IMG/VR virus record: IMGVR_UViG_3300020388_000025
Span: 1-44,950 of that record
Length of the DNA: 44,950 bases
DNA from: a virus
Taxonomy: Duplodnaviria > Caudoviricetes
Strand: one strand, 5' to 3'
The notes beneath the pieces were generated by a model that was not told the DNA's origin, did no database searches, and saw nothing but the letters and a program-made list of their open reading frames with translations. The position numbers were made by a program, and so were the translations under genes. Position 1 is the first letter of the stretch. The number at the start of each line of letters is the position of its first letter. This document shows positions 9,607 to 18,535 of this stretch, piece by piece.

Positions 9607-10649
9607 GTATATTAAAGAAAAATAAAAAATCACATCTAGTAAAAGAAATGTTTTTTGACGAAGGAGTCGATGTCGCAAGATACGATCAACTCAAATATCC
9701 ACAACTAGATAAGATTACCGAAAAACAATTAGGATTCTTTTGGAGACCAGAAGAAGTTGATGTGTCTAAAGATAAAAAAGATTTCAATGAATTAACAGAA
9801 CACGAACAACATATATTTACTTCTAATTTAAAAAGACAAATACTATTAGATAGTGTACAAGGAAGAGCTCCAAATTTAGCATTCCTACCTCACGCATCAT
9901 TACCTGAAGTAGAAAACTGGATAGAGACATGGTCTTTCTTTGAAACTATACACTCAAGATCATATACACATATAATAAGAAATATATATCCAGACCCTTC
10001 AATCGTATTTGATAATATGTTAAACGTAAAAGAGATATTAGATTGTGGCAAAGATATTGCAAAATATTATGATAATCTAATTGCTAAACCAAACAAAAGA
10101 AATTTATGGATGTGTATGCAATCAGCAAACGCATTGGAAGGTGTAAGGTTCTATGTATCATTTGCATGTAGTTGGGCATTTGCTGAACTTAAAAAGATGG
10201 AAGGTAATGCAAAGATTATTAAATTTATTGCAAGAGACGAGAATACTCATTTGGCCAGTACAACTACAATGATAAAGCTATTAAGAAAAGAGCCAGGGTA
10301 TGAAAAGATTGCAAAAGAAACAGAACAAGAATGTGTTGATTTATTTTTAAAAGTAATTGAACAAGAAAAACAATGGGCTAAATACTTATTTAGAAATGGT
10401 TCAATGATTGGTTTAAACGAATCTATACTTATGGATTATGTAGAATGGATAGGTGCTAAGAGAATGAGAGCTGTAGGATTAACATGTCCATATAATGTTC
10501 CACAAATGAATCCATTACCATGGACAGAAAAATGGATAGCTGGAAGCAGTGTCCAAGTAGCACCACAAGAAACAGAAATTACATCATATATAACTGGTGG
10601 TGTAAAACAAGATGTCGATGAAGGCACACTTAAGGGGTTATCATTATGA
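9603..10649 (+). CDS. nrdB: Ribonucleotide reductase class Ia beta subunit
   Basis: FFWRPEEV, ETIHSRSYTH, LEGVRFYVSF, ARDENTH, VAPQETE. Confidence 0.98.
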   Translation: MSILKKNKKSHLVKEMFFDEGVDVARYDQLKYPQLDKITEKQLGFFWRPEEVDVSKDKKDFNELTEHEQHIFTSNLKRQILLDSVQGRAPNLAFLPHASLPEVENWIETWSFFETIHSRSYTHIIRNIYPDPSIVFDNMLNVKEILDCGKDIAKYYDNLIAKPNKRNLWMCMQSANALEGVRFYVSFACSWAFAELKKMEGNAKIIKFIARDENTHLASTTTMIKLLRKEPGYEKIAKETEQECVDLFLKVIEQEKQWAKYLFRNGSMIGLNESILMDYVEWIGAKRMRAVGLTCPYNVPQMNPLPWTEKWIAGSSVQVAPQETEITSYITGGVKQDVDEGTLKGLSL

Positions 10650-11077
10650 AGGGTTATATATTTTTAATATGTTCTATTATGTTTGGACTTATCATGTATA
10701 CACATGCTAATTTAGAATACAAAGGATTTTCTAACGTATCTGCTTGTACAGGAAAATGCTACGAGGACTACACTAGAGTAAATGGTACATTAGCAGAACA
10801 ACTAGAAAGACAAGCAGAAATAGCAGCGGCAGATGAGTTTAGTTCTATTAGAGGTTTATGGGGTGGTTGCGCAGCATGTCATGGAGCAGAAGGCCAAGGT
10901 ATGGGAGCATTTCCACAATTAGCAGGTCGTGACTCAGAATATATTATAGATAGATTAACTACATATAAAAACAGAGGTGAAGTTGGTTCAATGAGTTCTA
11001 CTATGTGGGCTCAAGCCGGAATGTTGTCTGAATCTGATATTCAAACAATAGGAAAATTTATCGAGGAAACACTGTGA
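10646..11077 (+). CDS. Membrane-anchored c-type cytochrome (c553/c4-like)
   Basis: N-terminal TM/signal; CAACHGAEGQG...FPQLAG; distal Met. Confidence 0.9.
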   Translation: MKGYIFLICSIMFGLIMYTHANLEYKGFSNVSACTGKCYEDYTRVNGTLAEQLERQAEIAAADEFSSIRGLWGGCAACHGAEGQGMGAFPQLAGRDSEYIIDRLTTYKNRGEVGSMSSTMWAQAGMLSESDIQTIGKFIEETL

Positions 11078-11292
11078 TACTAATATACGGAAAAGAACAT
11101 TGTCCATTTTGTGATATGGCAAAAGTATTATGTGTAAAAGAACAAGAAGAATACGAATACTATCAATTAGGAAAAGATTTTGACAGAGAAAAGATGTTAG
11201 AAATGTTTCCTACTGCAAGAACCTTTCCACAAATAATTTTCAAAGGTGAGAAGATTGGTGGATACGATCAATTAAGAGAAAAGTTTGAATGA
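11074..11292 (+). CDS. Glutaredoxin
   Basis: CPFC active site, TFPQI, IGGYDQL. Confidence 0.95.
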   Translation: MILIYGKEHCPFCDMAKVLCVKEQEEYEYYQLGKDFDREKMLEMFPTARTFPQIIFKGEKIGGYDQLREKFE

Positions 11293-11420
11293 TACTAGAA
11301 TGTGAATATTGCTTTCAACGAATAGTAATTAAGCCAGAAGAAAAAGAAATAAATATTAATTTCTGTCCTCATTGCGGTGAACCAACTGACGATGATGATG
11401 AACTGAATTTCCATGATTAA
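11289..11420 (+). CDS. 43-aa zinc-ribbon protein, not in the ORF track
   Basis: MILECEYC...FCPHCGEPTDDDD; ATGA overlap with glutaredoxin. Confidence 0.8.
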   Translation: MILECEYCFQRIVIKPEEKEININFCPHCGEPTDDDDELNFHD

Positions 11421-11838
11421 ATGGCAATATCAAGGCAAAGATTACAAACTACCAGAAGATACCAGTCACAAAGACGTGTATGGTTTTGTGTACTTGATAA
11501 CGAACAGAGCGACCGGAAGAATGTACATAGGAAAGAAATTCTTTTGGAGCAAGAAAACTCTACCAATAACCAAGACAAGAAAACGAAGAAAGAAGCTATT
11601 AGTTGAATCTGATTGGCAAAGCTATTACGGTAGTAATGTTCATCTTAAAGAAGAAGTAAGTAAACAAGGCGATGAAATGTTTCATAGAGAAATATTATAC
11701 CTTTGCAAAACAAAGGGTGAATGTGCTTATGTGGAAGCTAAAGAGCAATTCGATAGAGATGTACTTCTTGACGATAAATATTATAACGGTATTATTAATT
11801 GTCGGATTGGCGGAAACGCAGTAAAAAACTTAAAATAA
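11413..11838 (+). CDS. GIY-YIG family nuclease
   Basis: YGFVYLITN...MYIGKK, YYGSN, YYN motifs. Confidence 0.8.
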   Translation: MIKWQYQGKDYKLPEDTSHKDVYGFVYLITNRATGRMYIGKKFFWSKKTLPITKTRKRRKKLLVESDWQSYYGSNVHLKEEVSKQGDEMFHREILYLCKTKGECAYVEAKEQFDRDVLLDDKYYNGIINCRIGGNAVKNLK

Positions 11839-11841
11839 CAG

Positions 11842-11870
11842 TTTACATTCCACGTAAACTGTGTTATAAT
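11842..11870 (+). promoter_or_regulatory. Sigma70-type promoter with extended -10
   Basis: TTTACA-17-TATAAT preceded by TGTGT. Confidence 0.85.
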
Positions 11871-11878
11871 ATACTATT

Positions 11879-12238
11879 ATGGCAAAGATAATTAAATTCC
11901 CTACAGGTGAAGAAATCGATCCAAAAGACTTAGGGATAGAAAAAACAGCTGAAGATATAATCAATGAGAGATCAAAAGAATGTGTAGCGGTATCACAAGA
12001 ATTGCTTGACATTATAGAAGAGTTTGTCTGTACCGGTCAGGTATCAGACTTTAAAGAATTTATGAGTATGAACTTCAGAGAAGAAGCTTGTTATGAATCT
12101 CGCGATATATATGTTATAGTGAATATGATTAACGCAATGCTAAATAGATATATGGGAATTCCACATAGATTACAAAGAGAATTAGATAAAACATATATCA
12201 CATTAAAGATGTTGCCCTTAGGAGAACCAGAAGAATGA
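11879..12238 (+). CDS. Hypothetical protein
   Basis: MAKIIKFP start directly after the promoter. Confidence 0.7.
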   Translation: MAKIIKFPTGEEIDPKDLGIEKTAEDIINERSKECVAVSQELLDIIEEFVCTGQVSDFKEFMSMNFREEACYESRDIYVIVNMINAMLNRYMGIPHRLQRELDKTYITLKMLPLGEPEE

Positions 12239-13089
12239 TATTATTAGATTATAGTCAAATAGCACTATCAAACATTATTGTACAAAAACTAAATGATGAA
12301 CAAATGATACGTCACATGATACTAAATAGTATTCGTATGTATAATAAAAAATACAGAGATCAATATGGCCAAATGGTTATATGCGCAGATGGCATGAATA
12401 CCTGGAGAAAAGAATATTTCCCTGAGTATAAAGCACATAGAAGAAAACACAGAGAAGAATCAAGTCAAGATTGGACAGAAATATTTAGAATCTTGCATCT
12501 TGTTCGTGATGAAATAAGAGATAACCTACCTTACAAAGTAATACACATGGAAGGTTGTGAGGCAGATGATATCATTGGTGCTCTTGTATTAGAATCACAA
12601 GAGTTTGGTAAAGACGAACCAATGATGATTGTATCAAGTGATAAAGACTTTATACAATTACAGAAGTTTAATAATGTTAAACAGTTTAGTCCAATTCAAA
12701 AGAAAATGGTTACAGACGAGAACCCTAGAACATATGCATTTAATCATATAATGCGAGGTGATGGTGGTGACGGTGTACCAAATGTTTTATCTGCTGATGA
12801 TACCTTCGTTACAGATAAATCACAAACACCATTAAGACAGAAAAAGATAGATGAGTGGTTAGAGAACTCAGATAACCTTAGAGCTGTCATGGACGAAAAC
12901 ACTTATAGGAATTATCAAAGAAATAAAAAGTTAATTGATTTAACTGAGATTCCAGAACAAGTGCAAACAAGTATTATAAATACTTTTGAAGAACAAAAAA
13001 TCGCAATGCGAATGAAAGTTCTTAATTATTTAATTAAAAAAAGATGTAATCAATTAATCGAAGTAGTGGAGGAATTTTATAATGGTTAA
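12235..13089 (+). CDS. rnh: T4-type RNase H / 5'-3' exonuclease
   Basis: MILLDYSQI, WRKEYFPEYKAHR, EADDIIG, SSDKDFIQL, GDGGDGVPN. Confidence 0.95.
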   Translation: MILLDYSQIALSNIIVQKLNDEQMIRHMILNSIRMYNKKYRDQYGQMVICADGMNTWRKEYFPEYKAHRRKHREESSQDWTEIFRILHLVRDEIRDNLPYKVIHMEGCEADDIIGALVLESQEFGKDEPMMIVSSDKDFIQLQKFNNVKQFSPIQKKMVTDENPRTYAFNHIMRGDGGDGVPNVLSADDTFVTDKSQTPLRQKKIDEWLENSDNLRAVMDENTYRNYQRNKKLIDLTEIPEQVQTSIINTFEEQKIAMRMKVLNYLIKKRCNQLIEVVEEFYNG

Positions 13090-13516
13090 ACCAGCGATAC
13101 ATGAAATATTTGAAAAGGCAGCAAGCCTAAAAACTAAAAAAGAAAAAGTAGCATATATAAAAGAAATGGGTCAATACCCTGCTTTTAAAGATGTGTTAAG
13201 AATTAATTTTGATAATGACGTAGTTTGTTTATTACCAGATGGCGAAGCACCTTATAGACAAGATGATGCACCAGAAGGTATGGCATACCAATCATTACAT
13301 AAAGAGTATAGAAGATTCACATACTTTTTCAAGGGTTCACCAAATGCAGAGAACCTAGCACCATTAAAAAGAGAATCAATGTGGATTGATTTATTAGAGT
13401 CATTAAGCGGTGGAGAATCTGACTTATTGGCAAAAGCAAAAGATAGAAGGTTGAAGTATAAAGGCATCACTAGGAAACTAGTGGAAGAAGCCTTTCCGAA
13501 TTTATTAGTAAAATAA
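13082..13516 (+). CDS. Conserved T4-like hypothetical protein
   Basis: LPDGEAPY...KRESMWIDLLESL...VEEAFP; usual neighbour of rnh. Confidence 0.75.
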   Translation: MVKPAIHEIFEKAASLKTKKEKVAYIKEMGQYPAFKDVLRINFDNDVVCLLPDGEAPYRQDDAPEGMAYQSLHKEYRRFTYFFKGSPNAENLAPLKRESMWIDLLESLSGGESDLLAKAKDRRLKYKGITRKLVEEAFPNLLVK

Positions 13517-13544
13517 GGAGGTGGTACTAAACCTATATTATTGC

Positions 13545-13566
13545 GGGGCGAGCAATCGCCCCATTT
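13545..13566 (+). terminator. GC-rich hairpin, possible terminator
   Basis: GGGGCGA-GCAA-TCGCCCC (GNRA loop) with only a weak T tract. Confidence 0.55.
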
Positions 13567-13593
13567 GACATATACAATAAAGTGTGTTATAAT
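13565..13593 (+). promoter_or_regulatory. Sigma70-type promoter with extended -10
   Basis: TTGACA-17-TATAAT preceded by TGTGT. Confidence 0.88.
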
Positions 13594-13600
13594 ATACATT

Positions 13601-14155
13601 ATGAATATTTTTATACTAGATAATGACCCAGTGATTGCAGCTCAAATGCAATGTGATAAACACGTAGTCAAAATGATCGTCGAATCAGGCCAAATGCTTT
13701 CAACCGTACATCGTATGCTTGATGGTAATATGGAACGAAGACTATCTAAGTCAGGTAAAGTAAGAGTTCAATATTGGAAACTAAATGATGATAGAGAAGA
13801 TGTGTTATACAAAGCATGTCATTTTAATCACCCTAGTACAATATGGACTAGAGAATCTATGTTTAATTATAGATGGCACTATAAACACTTTATTGCTTTG
13901 TGTGATGAATACACATATCGTTATGGTAAAATACATGCAACTGATAGAAAACTTAGAAAGATACTATCAAGATTACCAATTAATATACCGGTAAAAAAGA
14001 TGACACAATTCAAATTAGCAATGGCGTCAAATCCAGAATGTATATTCGAGGATCCAATAAAATCCTATCGTGCATTCTATCAAACAAAACAAGAAAGGTT
14101 CAGTATGGTCTGGACTAAAAGAGAAACACCAAATTGGTTTAATGGAGTAATATGA
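13601..14155 (+). CDS. Pyrimidine-dimer DNA glycosylase / endonuclease V-like protein
   Basis: MNIFILD...CDKHVVKMIVESGQMLST, HFNHPSTIW. Start moved from 13541 to 13601 because the promoter lies between them. Confidence 0.8.
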   Translation: MNIFILDNDPVIAAQMQCDKHVVKMIVESGQMLSTVHRMLDGNMERRLSKSGKVRVQYWKLNDDREDVLYKACHFNHPSTIWTRESMFNYRWHYKHFIALCDEYTYRYGKIHATDRKLRKILSRLPINIPVKKMTQFKLAMASNPECIFEDPIKSYRAFYQTKQERFSMVWTKRETPNWFNGVI

Positions 14156-14463
14156 ATTTTTTAAGAAGATCAACAATTTTTATAGTAGATAGCTGGAGAG
14201 TGGTAATGGATGCAAAGTATAATCCATTAAGATATATACCAGACCCTAGTTTACAAACATATTTTATGTTAGTTTTATTTACTATGTGGTCAGGTTTCTT
14301 TGGTCTAATAGCAGTTTATTATATGGGGTGGTTAGGTTATTCTATTGTAACAAGTATAATAGTTCATATTGCAATACTTATTCCAATAGCTATTACAAAT
14401 GGAATCTTTACTGATGCTGAAAGAAATGGTTCTCGTTGGGTAAGAGACTGGAGAAAGAAATAA
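14152..14463 (+). CDS. Two-TM membrane protein
   Basis: YNPLRYIPD followed by two hydrophobic helices. Confidence 0.7.
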   Translation: MNFLRRSTIFIVDSWRVVMDAKYNPLRYIPDPSLQTYFMLVLFTMWSGFFGLIAVYYMGWLGYSIVTSIIVHIAILIPIAITNGIFTDAERNGSRWVRDWRKK

Positions 14464-14465
14464 AG

Positions 14466-14473
14466 TATAAATA
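14466..14473 (+). promoter_or_regulatory. T4-type late promoter
   Basis: Intergenic TATAAATA, 5 nt before the ATG. Confidence 0.75.
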
Positions 14474-14478
14474 AACTT

Positions 14479-14730
14479 ATGATTTACGAATTCAAAAATA
14501 CAGAGACAGATGAAATATTTGAAAAGGTTATGCCAATGGTAGAACTTGATGATTATCTAAAACAAAATCCACATATAAAAAGGTATCATTCAGCTGCGCC
14601 TTCTGTATCATATAGTGGTGAAGCATATATGGGTGTAACTGCAAGAGCCGGTGATGGTTGGAAAGAAGTACAAGATAGAATAAAAAGTGGTATGCCACCA
14701 AAAGATAGACATCTTATAAAAACAAAATGA
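14479..14730 (+). CDS. FmdB-like small protein lacking the Zn cysteines
   Basis: MIYEFKNTETDEIFE...GDGWKEV pattern of T4-like phages. Confidence 0.6.
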   Translation: MIYEFKNTETDEIFEKVMPMVELDDYLKQNPHIKRYHSAAPSVSYSGEAYMGVTARAGDGWKEVQDRIKSGMPPKDRHLIKTK

Positions 14731-14942
14731 AATACGAACAACAAGTTGAATTGCAATTAAATAAAACAAGAGAGGCAACTCCAGAAGAAGTGCATGAATG
14801 GCAAAATGGTGGAGACTTTTTTATGACAGGAAAATTTGATGCGTTGAAAATATTTGTAGTGGCTCCTTCAATAATACAGTTTACGGTAATTGGTGGAATG
14901 ATGCTAGCATTTTTAATAATAGGATTAGGATTAGAAGAATGA
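14727..14942 (+). CDS. Small membrane protein
   Basis: C-terminal hydrophobic helix; ATGA coupling. Confidence 0.6.
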   Translation: MKYEQQVELQLNKTREATPEEVHEWQNGGDFFMTGKFDALKIFVVAPSIIQFTVIGGMMLAFLIIGLGLEE

Positions 14943-15613
14943 ATTTTATACATGAAGAAATCAAGTTAGATTATGCTGACTTAAAAACAGAAACAAAAGA
15001 ATCAGGTAGAACATACCTTGACCCCGAAGGTCATGCGTATCCATCTATCACTACAGTATTATCAATACTATCACGAGAAGCTATACAAAAATGGAGAGCT
15101 CGAGTTGGTGAAGAAGAAGCAAATAGAGTAAGTAGAGTTGCTTCACAAAGAGGAACAAAAGTTCATAATGTTATAGAAAAATATATAGCAAATGATCCAG
15201 ATTATTTAGATGGTGTTATGCCACACAACATACAAACCTTTAAAGATATACAAGGTCATATAGATCAAAACTTAAATAAAGTATATTCTATTGAAGCACC
15301 TTTATATTCTAAACACTTAGGTGTTGCAGGTAGAGTTGATTGTGTAGGTATGTGGGATGGTGAAGATGCAATCATAGATTGGAAAACATCTCGTAAAGAA
15401 AAGAAAAAAGAATGGGTATCAGGTTACTTCATGCAAGCTGCAGCATATGCAATTATGTGGGAAGAAAGAACTGGTAGACCAATTAAGAAATTAGTCGTTG
15501 CAATTGCAGGCGATGAAGGAGCTCAAATCTTCATAGAAGATAGAGATAATTGGACAGACGAATTGATTAAAGTAATCAATGAGTATAAAAGAGAAAAGAT
15601 TTTTAGAGGTTAA
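14939..15613 (+). CDS. PD-(D/E)XK exonuclease
   Basis: YPSITTVL, RGTKVH, AGRVDC, IIDWKTS, YFMQAAAYA. Confidence 0.9.
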   Translation: MNFIHEEIKLDYADLKTETKESGRTYLDPEGHAYPSITTVLSILSREAIQKWRARVGEEEANRVSRVASQRGTKVHNVIEKYIANDPDYLDGVMPHNIQTFKDIQGHIDQNLNKVYSIEAPLYSKHLGVAGRVDCVGMWDGEDAIIDWKTSRKEKKKEWVSGYFMQAAAYAIMWEERTGRPIKKLVVAIAGDEGAQIFIEDRDNWTDELIKVINEYKREKIFRG

Positions 15614-15615
15614 AA

Positions 15616-15813
15616 ATGAATTATTTACTAGAAGCTTTAATCACAAAGCTAGAAGGCGATATTGCAGTAGCAAAAGCAAATGTTATGGTATATCAAAGAA
15701 ATTCAGTTGGTATAGGCGAGCATTCTGATATTGTAGAATCAATAGAAAAAGAAGTAGAAAAGATCGCAGATGCACATGATAAGATTGAAACTATAAAGCA
15801 TTACTTCAAATAA
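15616..15813 (+). CDS. Conserved small hypothetical protein
   Basis: VGIGEHSDIVESIEKE motif; GAGG RBS. Confidence 0.7.
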   Translation: MNYLLEALITKLEGDIAVAKANVMVYQRNSVGIGEHSDIVESIEKEVEKIADAHDKIETIKHYFK

Positions 15814-15820
15814 AAACTAT

Positions 15821-15861
15821 TATAAATAGATATTTACACTAGCACATTTTTGTGTTATAAT
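15821..15861 (+). promoter_or_regulatory. Tandem late (TATAAATA 15821-15828) and sigma70-type (15833-15861) promoters
   Basis: TATAAATA followed by TTTACA-17-TATAAT with TGTGT. Confidence 0.8.
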
Positions 15862-15871
15862 ATAGGTATCT

Positions 15872-16477
15872 ATGAAAAATTTTAAAACATACATTACTGA
15901 AGGTAACAAAGGTTTAACGATCTTTGATATTGATGATACTATGTTTAAATCAAAAGCAAGAGTTAAAGTAAAAAATACAAATACTGGAAAGGTAAAAGAA
16001 TTATCACCTCAAGAGTATAACAACTACAAATTGCAAACAGGTGAAGAATTTGATTTTAGTGAATTCAAATCTGCAAAAGTTTTTTTTAAGACAGCAACAC
16101 CAATAGCAAGAATGGTTGAAAAGGCTAAAGCAATTATCAAGAATGCTACAGCCAAAGGTTCAAAGGTTATCATTGTAACAGCAAGGTCTGATATGGATAA
16201 TAAAGATTTATTCATTAAGACTTTTGAAGCTCATGGTATACCAATGAAAAATGTATATGTTGAAAGAGCAGGAAACATGTCAAATAAATCTAGTGCGGCT
16301 GCAAAGTCAGTAATATTTAGAAAGTATTTAGATACTGGTGAATATGCTAGAATAAGATTGTTTGACGATCACATGGAAAATTTAACAGCATTATTGGATT
16401 TAAAAAGAGATTTTCCAAATGTTGATTTCATGGCTTATAAGGCAGATGCAAAAGGAAGCATAAAAAGAATTAAATGA
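15872..16477 (+). CDS. HAD-superfamily phosphatase-like protein with targeting-like N-terminus
   Basis: IFDIDDT (motif I), IVTAR (motif II), K, LFDD (motif IV); starts MKNFKTYITEG. Confidence 0.85.
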   Translation: MKNFKTYITEGNKGLTIFDIDDTMFKSKARVKVKNTNTGKVKELSPQEYNNYKLQTGEEFDFSEFKSAKVFFKTATPIARMVEKAKAIIKNATAKGSKVIIVTARSDMDNKDLFIKTFEAHGIPMKNVYVERAGNMSNKSSAAAKSVIFRKYLDTGEYARIRLFDDHMENLTALLDLKRDFPNVDFMAYKADAKGSIKRIK

Positions 16478-16560
16478 TTTATAATAAAATGAGAAGCGCC
16501 AGGTATGGTGAAGGTGCAAGATACTTCAAATGGTGGCTTCATATGACAAGGAGAATATAA
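16474..16560 (+). CDS. Possible 28-aa peptide
   Basis: ATGA and TAATG overlaps fill the gap exactly. Confidence 0.4.
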   Translation: MIYNKMRSARYGEGARYFKWWLHMTRRI

Positions 16561-16757
16561 TGCCAGTGAAATTTAAACCGACTCAAATAACAAGAGAGCG
16601 TGGAACAGGAAAATTAACTACTACACATTTTTATATGAAAACAATGCCGAAACAAGAATTGTTTGATTATATAAACAATGATAATAGTAAACCCAAAATT
16701 AAACAAAAGTGTAAAAACGAATTAATTAGACGTGGAATTAAAATAGTATATGCGTAA
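16560..16757 (+). CDS. Small basic hypothetical protein
   Basis: AGGAG RBS favours the MPVKFK start at 16560 over 16530. Confidence 0.65.
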   Translation: MPVKFKPTQITRERGTGKLTTTHFYMKTMPKQELFDYINNDNSKPKIKQKCKNELIRRGIKIVYA

Positions 16758-16917
16758 GCTATGGACAATTTGGAAATATGCAATAGGAAGTTTTTCAGAT
16801 GAACAAACTGAAGAGTATGATAATCTTGTTGCAATTGCCAGAACACTTATTGTTGGATTAAACGTTATATGTGCATTTTTCATTATAGCTAATATTGTTA
16901 GAGGTTGGTATGCGTAG
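16750..16917 (+). CDS. 55-aa membrane protein, not in the ORF track
   Basis: MRKLWTIWKYAIGSFSD...ARTLIVGLNVICAFFIIANIVRGW. Confidence 0.7.
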   Translation: MRKLWTIWKYAIGSFSDEQTEEYDNLVAIARTLIVGLNVICAFFIIANIVRGWYA

Positions 16918-17038
16918 TGCAAGAGAAAAAAGAATCGTAAGACAAAGAGCGATCTCAACTATTTTAGGAATATGTTTATTGATCGGTGCGATCTATATTT
17001 ACATTACTTTTCAACCCGGCTTATTTAGCGAGATATAG
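16910..17038 (+). CDS. 42-aa single-TM protein, not in the ORF track
   Basis: GAGG RBS; basic N-terminus then TM helix; overlaps both neighbours. Confidence 0.55.
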   Translation: MRSAREKRIVRQRAISTILGICLLIGAIYIYITFQPGLFSEI

Positions 17039-17223
17039 TGACTAAGTGGCATGGCGGTAAGGGTTCAAATCCTAGACCTATAAAAAACCAAAAAGAATTT
17101 GAAGAAAATTGGGATAAGATATTTGGAAGAAAAAAGATTCCAAAACATGGTGCAACAAAAATTCATGTTGATAAGACCAAACTAAAACCTAGAGATTATA
17201 AATATAATAATATAGAGGAATAA
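17038..17223 (+). CDS. Small basic hypothetical protein
   Basis: GGKGSNPRP...FEENWDKIFG motif. Confidence 0.65.
   Translation: MTKWHGGKGSNPRPIKNQKEFEENWDKIFGRKKIPKHGATKIHVDKTKLKPRDYKYNNIEE
17197..17204 (+). promoter_or_regulatory. T4-type late promoter
   Basis: TATAAATA upstream of the GAGG RBS for the fibre/lysozyme cluster. Confidence 0.7.
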
Positions 17224-17225
17224 AC

Positions 17226-17492
17226 ATGAGTTTAGATTTAGAAAAATTTGATTTTGGATTTACAGCTGTCGATGAAGATGAGCTTGAAGTAGTTCAAAAA
17301 CAATCACAAAAATTAGAATCAACATCAGGTAAAGCAGAAGAATTAGAAGATAAGTTAAATAAACTATATAATTCAATATTGCCTTTATTAAGTAATTTAA
17401 AAGCAAACCCAGAAAAAGATTATATTTACTGGCCAAAGAGAACAGAAAAGGTTGAAGCCTTTGAAGATTTAATTTCGGAGATAGTTAAGTAA
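17226..17492 (+). CDS. Conserved hypothetical protein
   Basis: FDFGFTAVDEDEL...NPEKDYIYWP. Confidence 0.7.
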   Translation: MSLDLEKFDFGFTAVDEDELEVVQKQSQKLESTSGKAEELEDKLNKLYNSILPLLSNLKANPEKDYIYWPKRTEKVEAFEDLISEIVK

Positions 17493-18535
17493 TGGCACTA
17501 CCAACATCAGGACAAATATCAGTACAACAAATAGCGAATGAAAAAGAAAATGCTGGGTTACCATCAGCTAAAGAAAATATTTCTTTAAGAGGTTTATCAA
17601 AAGACAGTGTAGATGATTATACTCGTGCAGGTAGTACAGCTATAGATATTGCTGTAAATGCAGATTCAGTAGCATCATCAGCTCATGGTGGACCTGATGG
17701 TGGAACATCAGATGGTGGACATAAAGTTAGTGAGTTCTATGGTTACGACCAAGACTTCACTGCAACATCTTTTAATGGTACAGGTGCAGGGTCTGTAAGT
17801 TCATTTACCACTAATACATCTACAAGTGTAAACGTTGCATCAGCATTTTCAAATAGCGGAGCATCATGTGACCTTGATACTTCTTCATTTAGATTTGCAT
17901 CATTCTGGGAAATGAATAATCATCATCAACAAGGTAATTCACCAGTTACCCAAGCCAACTCAACTGGAACTATACACATAGGTAATGATAAAGATAATAA
18001 AAGAATTATGATACTATTAATGAAAGATGGTGATAGTTCTTCACTAGCTGGTGGTGGAAGTAATTCAGGATATATATTAATACCTTATGTCAATTTAGAA
18101 AATGCAACATGGACATATACTTATGAATACGATACTTCAAGTACAGGATATGCTTTAAGTGAAGATACTATAGGAAGTTATAAAGGACTTCCCCTTGCGA
18201 CAGGTACATATACTACAAGTAGTTCTGATATAACTAAACCATCAAATACAAACGAAAGTGGAGGTGCAGTCTATGCAAGCATACCAAGCTTTACTGGAAT
18301 GGCTGCAACTGGGGAATCAATAATTAGTGATGGGTCTTCGTCACAAAAGACTTGGACAGCAAAAGTATCTAGATTTGCTAACAACACTATAGTTAGTATT
18401 GGTAGAAGTTCAAGTCATCAAGGCAGTGTAAGTGTAAGATTAAGAATTAAAGCTGTAAGCGGTTCAGATACATATACTGCATTATCAAATTATTGGCAAT
18501 TAAGTTTTTCAGCGCAAAGAGGGACTGGACTCTAA
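17492..18535 (+). CDS. Ser/Gly/Thr-rich fibre/adhesin-like virion protein
   Basis: MALPTSGQIS...HKVSEFYGYDQ N-terminal module shared with the next gene; beta-rich body. Confidence 0.6.
   Translation: MALPTSGQISVQQIANEKENAGLPSAKENISLRGLSKDSVDDYTRAGSTAIDIAVNADSVASSAHGGPDGGTSDGGHKVSEFYGYDQDFTATSFNGTGAGSVSSFTTNTSTSVNVASAFSNSGASCDLDTSSFRFASFWEMNNHHQQGNSPVTQANSTGTIHIGNDKDNKRIMILLMKDGDSSSLAGGGSNSGYILIPYVNLENATWTYTYEYDTSSTGYALSEDTIGSYKGLPLATGTYTTSSSDITKPSNTNESGGAVYASIPSFTGMAATGESIISDGSSSQKTWTAKVSRFANNTIVSIGRSSSHQGSVSVRLRIKAVSGSDTYTALSNYWQLSFSAQRGTGL

Noticed and set aside
11413-11838. Mobile homing endonuclease or intron
   Set aside because: Catalytic domain only, with no DNA-binding tail; nrdA and nrdB are uninterrupted.
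14939-15613. Cas4 / CRISPR adaptation gene
   Set aside because: Lacks the four-Cys Fe-S motif; it is the common T4-like PD-(D/E)XK exonuclease and no array is present.
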